Below, in pieces: positions 1-8,840 of a stretch of 64,000 nt of DNA. Origin of the DNA: a candidate division WOR-3 bacterium (GTDB taxonomy: Bacteria > Hydrothermota > Tepidihabitantia > SM23-42 > JAOAFX01); NCBI GenBank assembly GCA_039802205.1, contig JBDRWD010000007.1, positions 2,433 to 66,432 on the forward strand, given 5' to 3'. The notes beneath the pieces were generated by a model. The model had not been told where the DNA came from and ran no database searches. It worked only from the letters and a program-made list of their open reading frames with translations. The translations under genes and the position numbers were made by a program. Each line of letters opens with the position of its first letter. Positions within the stretch are counted from its first letter, which is position 1.

Positions 1-155
1 GGCAATATGTTTTTCCTCAGCGCGGCTTATCTTATGGTGACCCTCCTTGGGAAGTCTATCATTTGGCTAATAAAAGGCGAATTGAACAATCTGGGGGCTG
101 TCCAGAGGGCATTTTTTGACTTTTTAAAGAAAAAATTTGGGAAGGCTGAGTATTT
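1..155 (+). CDS. 3' end of an unidentified hydrophobic protein (partial, continues upstream of window)
   Basis: Frame 1 is open from base 1 to TAA at 153-155 and translates to a hydrophobic tail (..LSAAYLMVTLLGKSIIWLIKGELNN..). No start lies in the window. Confidence 0.3.
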
Positions 156-161
156 TTAAAA

Positions 162-1280
162 ATGAATATCGGCATTGACGCCAGCGTTTTAGAAAAGGGG
201 ATCACCGGGATAGGACGGTATTTGCTGGGGATTTTGAAATATTTGCCGCGCGTTGATAATAAAAATAGATATTTCTTATTTTCCTATAGAAAACCATTTC
301 CCGAAGGAGAATTTTACAAATCGATCGCCACCGGAAAATATCTCCCTTCAAAAATTTATGCCCCCTTCTGGCTTAACCTGATTTTGCCTTACTATTTAAA
401 ACGGTGTGAGATTGAAGTACTTTTTTCACCGAACCATCTCGCCCCTATTAATTTTTACCATCGCAATGGTTGGAAAAGCATTGTCACCATTCATGATGTT
501 GCCCACCGTGCCGCCGCTGCGTTTAAACCGCCTGTCTATCGCAATTATCTGGATTTTTTCCTTAAATGTGTTTTACCTGCCTGTTCACGCATTATTACGG
601 TTTCGGAATTTTCCAAGAAAGAGTTAGTGAAAAATTATCATCTGCCTCCCCATAAAATTTCGGTGATCTATGAATTTGCGGCGGAAATTTTTAAGCCTCG
701 AAAAATCAGCAAGGAAATGCGAGGGTATTTAGCCACGGTGTTAGCCATCCCCGAGGAGTTCATTCTTTATGTTGGGATAATTGAAAACCGAAAGAACATT
801 TCGGGAATTCTAAGGATTGCGGATATAATAAAAGCAAGAAATTTCAATATAAAAACATTGTTAGTGGGTCGACCGGGATTTGGTTTCAAACAAATCATTG
901 AGCAGATAGCTGCGCGCGAAAATGTGATATATCGTAATCATGTGGGTGATGAGTACCTGCCTTACCTATACAATATGGCAAAAGTATTTTTGTTTCCTTC
1001 TTTTTACGAAGGTTTTGGGTTACCTCCGCTGGAGGCGATGCAATCTGGGGTTCCGGTTCTGGCTTCCAATGCTGCCTCATTGCCAGAAGTAATCGGTGAA
1101 GGAGGAATTATGCGTGCCCCTGACGATTATGAAGGATTCGCAGATGATATAATCCGGCTGTTGGAAGACAAGGATTTTCATGCCCTGCTGAGCAAGAAAG
1201 GAATTGCCCGGGCAAAAAAGTTTAATCCGTATGAAATTGTCCAGTCGCTCGTTGCCATATTTAACACTCCGGAAGGCTAA
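162..1280 (+). CDS. glycosyltransferase family 1 (GT4-like)
   Basis: 372-aa ORF whose C-terminal region carries the GT1 signature [30 protein letters not shown]. Ends TAA. Confidence 0.85.
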   Translation: MNIGIDASVLEKGITGIGRYLLGILKYLPRVDNKNRYFLFSYRKPFPEGEFYKSIATGKYLPSKIYAPFWLNLILPYYLKRCEIEVLFSPNHLAPINFYHRNGWKSIVTIHDVAHRAAAAFKPPVYRNYLDFFLKCVLPACSRIITVSEFSKKELVKNYHLPPHKISVIYEFAAEIFKPRKISKEMRGYLATVLAIPEEFILYVGIIENRKNISGILRIADIIKARNFNIKTLLVGRPGFGFKQIIEQIAARENVIYRNHVGDEYLPYLYNMAKVFLFPSFYEGFGLPPLEAMQSGVPVLASNAASLPEVIGEGGIMRAPDDYEGFADDIIRLLEDKDFHALLSKKGIARAKKFNPYEIVQSLVAIFNTPEG

Positions 1281-1439
1281 TCGGAAAAAAATAAGATACT
1301 TTCTTGAAACCTTTTTGGTGTTTTGGTGATATACTTAAAAGTGTGGAAATTTTTCTTGAAATTAGAAGAAGAGGGTGTTTTTTTGACTTGACAAATGTAG
1401 ATAGATGGATATAATTTCTCACTAAAAAAGGAGGTTAAG

Positions 1440-2474
1440 TTGAAATTTAAAAAGGCAATAGCCCTGATGATATTTTGGGGAACATTATTAAATCTAATTT
1501 ATGCCGCCCCTCGGGTCGTGGTGGCAGAGATGATCGGTGACGAGACCTGAAGTTCCTGTGCGGCGGCAAGCGGTACGCTTGCGCAGATAGTATTAAACTA
1601 TCCAGGTCGGATTGCCGCTATTGATGTCCATGATAACCCAGCTGATTCATTCTTCCTTCAAGAAGCATACAATAGAATCCGCTATTATTTGCCCCCATTT
1701 TACGGCATGTATATGCATCCTTGGCTCTGGTATGATGGGAATCAACATGGAGGAATGGATTATTCTCAATGGGAATCTGTGATTATTAATCGCTTGAGCC
1801 AACCAGCACCGGTTACAATTTATCTCGATGGTGAATATTCGCCCGGAAGTAATTCTGGAACTATTTATGCGACATTTAAGAATGATTCAACCGCAACAAT
1901 CAATGGCCGGGTGATTTTTGTCATAACTGAAGATAGCCTATTTTATCCAGCACCCAATGGAGCATTATGGCATAGTAATGTGCCCAGGGATTATATTCCG
2001 GACCATAATGGCGTGCTTGTTTCAATTCCCCCTGGCGATTCAATAACGGTAACCATGCCTTTTACCACCCATCCCAACTGGAATAAATCGCATTGTAAGA
2101 TCAAAACCTGGATTCAAAACGATGTGATGTTACCGGATTCCACAAAAGAAATCTGGCAGGGTGCGATAGTTAATCTACTTGAACTCGGTATTGAAGAAAA
2201 TCCAGGCAAGAAGTGTGAAAAATTAAGTCTACAGGTTTTCCCCAACCCCTGTCCGCGCACCGATGCCCTGCACTTCTATTTTCCATATCCAACCGACTAC
2301 AAAATTTCAATATATGACTGTACCGGAAGGGAGATAAAGAATATTTCAGGTAATGCCAAATCGGTTAAATGGAATTTAAAAAACAACCAAGGGTATAAAG
2401 TTAAACCCGGTGTTTATTTTTACCGTTTTGTAGATAAAAAAATAATTTTTTCTGGTAAATGTGTAATTGAGTAG
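1440..2474 (+). CDS. secreted thioredoxin-fold protein with T9SS C-terminal sorting domain; in-frame TGA at 1548-1550 read as selenocysteine in a U-S-S-C (UxxC) motif
   Basis: TTG start at 1440 is preceded by AAGGAGG and gives the signal peptide LKFKKAIALMIFWGTLLNLIYAAP. The frame stays open across TGA 1548 into the tracked ORF 1689..2474 (same frame, no other stops). The context VVVAEMIGDET-U-SSCAAASGTLAQIVLNYPGRIAAIDVH has the beta-CxxC-alpha-beta thioredoxin layout. The C-terminus ..KPGVYFYRFVDKKIIFSGKCVIE is a Por/T9SS CTD. A paralog of 6860..7858 keeps the TGA at the equivalent position. Confidence 0.6.
1566..1582 (+). promoter_or_regulatory. putative bacterial SECIS hairpin (GCAAGC-GGUAC-GCUUGC) 15 nt downstream of UGA 1548
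   Basis: Perfect 6-bp stem with a 5-nt apical loop containing GU. The spacing from UGA is within the bacterial SECIS range. Confidence 0.5.
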
Positions 2475-2532
2475 AAGAAGGTTAAATACGAAAGACTCTA
2501 TTGGAAAATTGATTATGAGCAAAGGGGATATT

Positions 2533-4440
2533 ATGAAAATGTTGATTCCCATTTTTTTAATGATAGGTTTGGTTAGCGCTGGTAATTGGTTGGTTAATGG
2601 TGATTTTGAAGAAGCGCTTAACACCGGTTGGACTTCAACCCAGAGCGGCTCATATATCTACATTGACCGTGCAATAACCTATGAACCGGACCCGGATTAT
2701 GAAGTGCGGGTGGAAAAAGGCTCAGGCAATGGGTTTGCAACACTTTCTCAGACTATTGATATTACGACACCGAGTGAATTTACTTTTTCTACAAAGGCAA
2801 AGTTATATGCATATGATAATAATGCAGATACTCTGACTTACGCTGCCGCAGCAATAAGAATAGTTTACCGTAATGCCACGGGCGCACTTCTTGGAGAAAC
2901 CAGAATTTGCCAGTTCACAGCACCTTGTCCCTGGCAAAACACTTCAACAATCCATCTAATAACAGTTAGCGATTCACTCTGGCATAATTATTCATTCAAT
3001 CTCCAGACTGAACTTGGAAATCTTCCCGGCGTCAATCCAGCAAATGTGAAAAAGGTAGAAATTGCGCTCTATGATACAACTGCCCACACTTGTTGAGGGG
3101 CTTCACAATTGGCGAAGGTCTTCGCCGACGACATCAAACTAAATTATAACGGAACCCAGCTTTATCTCACCTTCATCAAAGCAAAAGTTTACGACTCGGG
3201 TGGCAATAACAATGGCCGGTTAGATCCAGGTGAAATCGCAAATATCACTGCATTATTAAAAAATATTGGCGGTGCTAATTTTACCAATCTGAATTCTACA
3301 CTCTCCACGAGCAGTCCTTATATCACTGTTACGGATAACTCGGGTTATTTTGGAACAATACTTATTGATAGCACCAAGGAGAATATTTCGGATCCTTATG
3401 TTGTGCAAGTGAGTCCCTCGACACCTCAAGGCCATATTGCTCAATTTCGTTTGATAGCAACTCAAGGTTCTTTTGTTGATACATTTTTCTTCAACTTGGT
3501 GGTTGGCACATATGATTATCTGGTCTGGAATCCAGATCCAACCCCCGGTTCCGGACAGACAATCCACAATTTATTAACATCCCTTGGCTACGCTGGCTTA
3601 TATTCAACTACCCTCCCGACTACTGAACTCAGCTTCTATCGCGCAATTCTGGTCTGTGTGGGTATCTATCCTAATAATTATATTATCGGTGCATCAAGCC
3701 CTGAGGCAACAGCACTCGTCAACTATGTCAATAGCGGTGGCAGACTCTATCTTGAAGGTGGAGATGTTTGGTATTATGACCCATTAACGGGCGGATATAA
3801 CTTCTGTCCATTATTTGGCATAAACGCAACTGAAGATGGTACGGACGATTTAGGTCCAATTCAAGGGCAACCAGGAACTTTCACCAATCAGATGTACTTC
3901 GGTTATGGTGGTGAGAATTCCTATATGGACCATATCAGCCCCAGTGGTACCGGAGCATTTTTGATCTTTAGAGATGTCGACCAAGGTTATGATTGTGCGG
4001 TAGCGCGTGATGCCGGGACATACCGAACTGTCGGGGCTTCTTTTGAACTTGGTTCTCTGGTTGATGGAAGTGGGGTTTCAACCCGAAGGGCATTGCTCGA
4101 TTCCATCCTCCATTTCTTCGGAATATTCCAGGTGCCTGTTGAAGAGAATAAGCAAGAAGGGCTCCAAAAGATATCTTTCCAGGTAATACCGAATCCATTC
4201 CAGAATAACTGCGTGGTTAAATTCGAAATTCGAAATCCGAAATCCGAAATTTCACTCAAGATTTTTGATGCAACAGGACGGTTGATAAAATCATTTAACC
4301 ATTTAACCAGTTACCAATTTAATAAAATCGTGTGGTCTGGTGACGATGAAATCGGCCGCAAGGTGCCCGCAGGTATTTATTTCGTGCGGTTGGAAACGGA
4401 TGGTCAAAAATATATTGAGAAGGTAATAAAGATAGAATAG
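2533..4440 (+). CDS. large secreted protein with T9SS C-terminal sorting domain; in-frame TGA at 3094-3096 (context TAHTC-U-GAS) joins tracked ORFs 2467..3096 and 3109..4440
   Basis: Both ORFs are in the same frame (coordinate mod 3 = 1). The N-terminal part has a signal peptide (MKMLIPIFLMIGLVSAG) but no CTD. The part after TGA has no signal peptide or ATG (its tracked start is TTG) but ends in a canonical T9SS CTD (..AGIYFVRLETDGQKYIEKVIKIE). The start codon is uncertain; ATG 2515 and ATG 2533 (after AAAGGGGA) are both possible. Confidence 0.5.
3109..3128 (+). promoter_or_regulatory. putative SECIS hairpin (uuGGCGAA-GGUC-UUCGCCga) 14 nt downstream of UGA 3094
   Basis: 6-8 bp stem with a GGUC loop. 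Confidence 0.45.
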
Positions 4441-4448
4441 TTAGAAAT

Positions 4449-4477
4449 CAGGAAGGGAGTATTTATGCTCCCTTCCT
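4449..4477 (+). terminator. Rho-independent terminator-like hairpin after the 2533..4440 gene
   Basis: AGGAAGGGAG-uauuuaug-CUCCCUUCCU, a 9-10 bp stem, followed by GAAAAUCUUUUA. Confidence 0.55.
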
Positions 4478-4520
4478 GAAAATCTTTTATAATGGGACTT
4501 GAGTCTAAAAAGGGGGTTTT

Positions 4521-6809
4521 ATGGGCAGTAAGAAACTTATCTGGATTGTTTTAATTGTCGCCACTGCATCATTTGCCCAGTGGCAGGCAATAGGTCCTTA
4601 TGGTGGCTATGTCCGCTCGGTGGTTGTATCACAAACCAATGACAATATTGTCTATGCCGCATCTTATGCCAATCCCACTGTAGTTGCAAAATCCACTAAT
4701 GGTGGTTCAACCTGGACCACAATGGGTGTAATTCCAAATCAGGCTTATTGTATGGCAATCGACCCAACGAATGATAACAAACTATATGCGGGAAGCGGAC
4801 ATGTAATATATCGTTCAACTGATGGTGGTGTCAATTGGTTATCAACTACTATGAGCAATAAATATATCTATGGCATAGCGGTCCATCCAACAGCACCTAC
4901 AACTATTTGCGCCTCGGGTATGAGCTATACTGGAACAAAATGGGGGCTTGCATTCTTCAAAAGCACGGATTCAGGTGTAAACTGGACAACCACAGTAATC
5001 GACACCTCAGGCTCTTCAAACTATGGATATTGTCTCGCAATTGACCGTACGAATCCCAATACGATTTATGTTGGTGGCTATTCTTATACCACATCTTACA
5101 TACCCAGAATTTACAAATCCACAAATGGAGGCACTAACTGGATAGATGTGTCTACTGATACAGTATTTCAGAACGCTTATTATATTTACTCTATGGCTGT
5201 TCATCCAACGAATTCTAACATAGTCTATGCTGGTACTTATTTAAAAGGTATTATGCGTTCTACTGATGGCGGAAATTCCTGGACAAAGGTTTCCAGCAAT
5301 TACTACAACTACAGTATGGCAACGAGCATAGCATCACCTGATATCGCTTACTCTGGTTGTTATGGTGAGGTTTACAAAACGACAAATGCCGGAGTGTCCT
5401 GGACATCGGTAAGTTCAGGTTTGAGTGGAACTTCCTTCTATGGCCTTGCCGCAAGTGCACAGAATGCTTCTAATGTATATGCTGGAAATAACAAAGGTAT
5501 GTTTAAGACAACAACCGGCGGGTCTTCCTGGGTAAGTATCAATAACAATTTGAATATGGGTTCAATCCTCTCTTTTGCCAACGCGCCTTCTTCACCTTCA
5601 ACAATCTATACTTCCTTTGCTGAAGTTGGTGTATTCAAAACCACGAATTCGGGAAGCGACTGGATTCAATTACCTACGCCGGTTGGTTGTGGCAATATTT
5701 GCGAATTTGCGGTTGCTTATAACAATCCTAATATCATATATGCCTTAGAAGGAAGTGGTTGAGGGAACGCCGAGCTCTACAAGAGCACAGACGGCGGGTC
5801 CGTCTGGTCAAATGCGTTAGATGCATTTTATGTCGATGGTGGTGCAATGGCAATCGATCCGAATAATAGCTCAGTCCTTTATACCGGCGGATACATATAC
5901 AACGGTTCAACTTATGTAATGGTAGTCTCAAAATCTACTGATGGTGGCACAACCTGGGAAAGGGATACGCTAACAACTGATTATTGTATGTGCTATGCAC
6001 TTGCTATAGACCGGAGTAATTCCAATGTTGTTTATGCCGGTGGCTATAATGGTTATCTCTTCAAGACTACCAACGGCGGTATTACCTGGACTCTCTCCAA
6101 TACAGGACTAAGTGGGACAGTTTATGATATAAAAATTGGCTCAACCAAGGCAAACACCGTTTATGCAGGGACTTCTTCTGGTGTTTACAAATCAACGAAT
6201 GCTGGTGCAAGCTGGACAAGTACCGGTCTATCAGCAAATGTCCAGGCAGTCTTGATAAATCCTTCAAATGAAAATGAAATATATGCCGCAACGAGTAATG
6301 GTATCTACAAGAGCACTACTGGCGGTGGTGGCTGGACATTGATGAATACTGGGCTATTAAATACAAATACAACTTCTTTAGGAATTTACCCAAATAACTG
6401 GTTGTTCTGCGGGACAAATGGCACAGGAATGTATCGATGGAATATACAAGTTGGCGCGGAAGAATTTGAGGAGATTGGGAAGAGTATCTCCTTGCAGATC
6501 ACACCGAATCCATTCAGGAACTACTGCGTAGTTAAATTCCAAATCCCAAGCACCAAATCCCGAATTCCAAACAAATCCGCAATCCGCAATCCGAAATCCG
6601 AAATTTCTTTGAGGATCTATGATATTTCGGGTCGCGTTGTTAAGTCATTTAATCTTGAATCCTGTATCCTGAATCATGAATCCAGTATCGCCTGGTCGGG
6701 TGACGATAAGATGGGTCGCAAGGTGCCTGCGGGTATCTACTTTGTGCAACTTGATTCTGGTGAGTTCACTAAAATTGAGAAAGTAATTCTACTTAAAGGA
6801 AATAATTAG
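4521..6809 (+). CDS. BNR/Asp-box repeat (sialidase-like beta-propeller) secreted protein with T9SS C-terminal sorting domain; in-frame TGA at 5760-5762 (context ALEGSG-U-GNAELYKSTDGG) joins tracked ORFs 4521..5762 and 5847..6809
   Basis: Both ORFs are in the same frame (mod 3 = 0). S-x-D-G-G-x-x-W Asp-box repeats continue straight across the TGA. The first part has a signal peptide (MGSKKLIWIVLIVATASFAQW). The second part lacks an RBS or start, and its first ATG is 84 nt downstream. It ends in a T9SS CTD (..AGIYFVQLDSGEFTKIEKVILLK). Confidence 0.45.
5788..5806 (+). promoter_or_regulatory. candidate SECIS hairpin (CAGACGG-CGGGU-CCGUCUG) 25 nt downstream of UGA 5760
   Basis: 7-bp perfect stem with GU in the apical loop. 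The spacing is longer than in the other three cases. Confidence 0.35.
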
Positions 6810-6859
6810 TTCTTGACATAAGCTAAAAAATAAGTAAAATTTTAGTGAAAGGGGGTTTT

Positions 6860-7858
6860 ATGTCAAAATACTTATTATTACTGCTGGGCATTTCACTGCT
6901 CGGTTTTTCTGCCCAGCGGGTGGTTTTGTGTGAAGAGTTCTATCAAGAGGGCTGACCATCCTGTCCTGCAGCCAGCAGTACGCTGGACAATATCTGTGTT
7001 CAATATTCCACGCGCATTGCTGCGATTGAGATGCATCTTTCCAGCAGTTATCCGCTGTACTGTCCTGAAGCATATGCCCGGATGCAATACTACCCAAGTT
7101 CAAACTGGTATACGCCCAATCTTATCCTTGATGGCACACCAAGAGGAAGCAGTTATAGCTCCTGGCAATCATACATTGTTACACGGATGAATCAACCTGC
7201 ACCGATGCGTATCTCAATGTGGGGGACTTATGGCTCTGGTTCTGGCACAATCTATGCCCGATTCCGTAATGATTCAACTGCCTCAGTTACTGCCTATGTC
7301 TATTTTGTTATTACTGAAGATAGCCTCTATTATGTTACTCCATACGGTGACCAGTGGCATAATCATGTTGCACGCGATTATGTCCCAAACCAAATCGGCC
7401 AACAAGTGACAATTCCAGCGGGTGATTCAGTAACAGTCTCGCAAAATTTCACAATCCAATCAGGCTGGAATGTCAATCGCTGCAACATTGTAACCTGGAT
7501 ACAGAATAATTCCACACGCGAAGTGTATCAGGCAGCATTTATCAAAGTAACGGACTTGACAGGAGTTGAAGAAACGAATAAGGCAACTGGAATATCAACA
7601 ATTTCCTCCATTCCCAATCCTTGCGTCAATGGTACAACATTCCAGTTTAATGTTAGTAAAGATGGTAAATGGAAACTTTTGCTATATGACGCCTTGGGTC
7701 GCGAGATTCAGCGATTTGAAGGAATCGGTCAGGGTGGTATTCAGACTGTCGAATGGAATCTTTTTGACAATAATAACCATCGGGTAAAACCGGGTGTTTA
7801 CTTCTACCAGCTCCTCGGTCCGGACTTGAAGGCAAACGGCAAGATCGTGGTAAGGTAA
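6860..7858 (+). CDS. secreted thioredoxin-fold protein with T9SS C-terminal sorting domain; in-frame TGA at 6953-6955 read as selenocysteine in a U-P-S-C (UxxC) motif; paralog of 1440..2474
   Basis: ATG 6860 after AAAGGGGG gives the signal peptide MSKYLLLLLGISLLGFSAQ. The frame is open across TGA 6953 into tracked ORF 7031..7858 (same frame, mod 3 = 2). The context VVLCEEFYQEG-U-PSCPAASSTLDNICVQYSTRIAAIEMH aligns with the paralog VVVAEMIGDET-U-SSCAAASGTLAQIV..RIAAIDVH. The CTD is ..KPGVYFYQLLGPDLKANGKIVVR. Confidence 0.6.
6972..6986 (+). promoter_or_regulatory. putative SECIS hairpin (CCAGC-AGUAC-GCUGG) 16 nt downstream of UGA 6953
   Basis: 5-bp stem with an AGUAC loop. Relative to the paralog hairpin (GCAAGC/GCUUGC, loop GGUAC) the stem has compensatory changes while the loop keeps GUAC. 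Confidence 0.5.
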
Positions 7859-7888
7859 ATCCCAGGAAAAACTTTAAACCCAAGACCA

Positions 7889-7920
7889 GAGAGGCGTGGT
7901 GCTAACCGCGCCTCTCTGCT
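7889..7920 (+). terminator. terminator-like hairpin after 6860..7858
   Basis: AGAGAGGCG-(12 nt loop)-CGCCUCUCU, a 9-bp stem. The tail is not strongly U-rich. Confidence 0.35.
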
Positions 7921-8111
7921 GTATTCTACCCACCTACGAAGCGGGGTTATTTTATCTGTAGAGGCATTGAAAAATTTTATCATTGAATTAAGAGTCTCCT
8001 GTTCAGGCTAAATTGTAAAATCTAAACAAATTGCTGATATCCTCTGACTTTAAAACCCATTTTCGTAAGAGTTCTAAGCCCGCTTTTAGGAGGCTTCTTC
8101 TTTTAATATCC

Positions 8112-8195
8112 TCAAATTTTTTCTGCTATGTGCCATTTTTGGTTGTGTTTTTCCCAAGCCTTTCTAACTGCTTTTGATTGTTTCTTATTTTTCAT
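8112..8195 (-). CDS. possible small basic protein (27 aa, MKNKKQSKAVRKAWEKHNQKWHIAEKI)
   Basis: A strong RBS AAAGGAGAT sits 5 nt upstream of ATG in an otherwise empty 530-bp intergenic gap. It is below the ORF-track size cutoff and there is no homology evidence. Confidence 0.25.
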   Translation of the reverse strand: MKNKKQSKAVRKAWEKHNQKWHIAEKI

Positions 8196-8390
8196 TTTCT
8201 ATCTCCTTTCGTCCTCGAGTCCTTGCCGATCCATCTATGATAGTGTAACAAGTTTTCTACATTTTTGGTGATATGGCAAATTAGAATGTTAAATTCACGA
8301 AGTTTGTCGTATTCTCACAACACTCGTCTATTTGAAAATAGGTCTTATTCGCAAATACAATTTTTCAGAGGCTATATTCATAAACTTCTC

Positions 8391-8801
8391 TCATTCTAAT
8401 TTTTCGCCACAATTCCAGCAATATATCGCATCTCCTGGAACATCTTTTTTACAATTACTACAAGTAAAATCTGATTTCTTCTCCACATTGCTCAAGTCCT
8501 TGTTGCACATATTGCAGATTTTTTTATTGGTTTTTGTACCACAGTATGGGCAAAATTTTATATTTGAAGTCTGTTGAGGTAAATCTTCTTTTTCTTTGAC
8601 TTTCTTTTCAGGAGTGTTTATATCACCCGCAATCGTTTGGCGACCACAAACAAATAATATGCCTAATAATATTCCAACTATGGGACTAAAGAGGACGCTG
8701 TTCCAAAAGCCTTTTGAATACGAAAGACCCACATTTTTCCATGCATTAGCAACAACAAGACATAGTAGCAACCAAAGTAAAATAATTATAAGAATTAACA
8801 T
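8391..8801 (-). CDS. membrane protein with C-terminal double zinc-ribbon (CPYCG..CNMC, CSNC..CWNCG)
   Basis: 136-aa ORF with two N-terminal TM helices and a Cys4 x2 C-terminus. Confidence 0.55.
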   Translation of the reverse strand: MLILIIILLWLLLCLVVANAWKNVGLSYSKGFWNSVLFSPIVGILLGILFVCGRQTIAGDINTPEKKVKEKEDLPQQTSNIKFCPYCGTKTNKKICNMCNKDLSNVEKKSDFTCSNCKKDVPGDAIYCWNCGEKLE

Positions 8802-8829
8802 ACAAAATTGTATATATAATTTAATAAAA

Positions 8830-8835
8830 AGTCAA
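8830..8835 (-). promoter_or_regulatory. candidate -35 box (TTGACT) for 8391..8801 at the gene-proximal edge of repeat copy A
   Basis: GGCTCAGACC-N9-TTGACT arrangement is shared with copy B. Confidence 0.3.
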
Positions 8836-8840
8836 GGTGG

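Noticed and set aside
1440-7858. Alternative explanation for the four in-frame TGAs: genome-wide codon reassignment (code 4 UGA=Trp or code 25 UGA=Gly)
   Set aside because: TGA terminates many well-conserved genes here. These include the RND pumps at 9839 and 16854 with ATGA-type start/stop overlaps, dnaX, and the prfB frameshift site itself, which requires UGA to be a stop. In-frame TGAs are confined to these four genes and are each paired with a hairpin.
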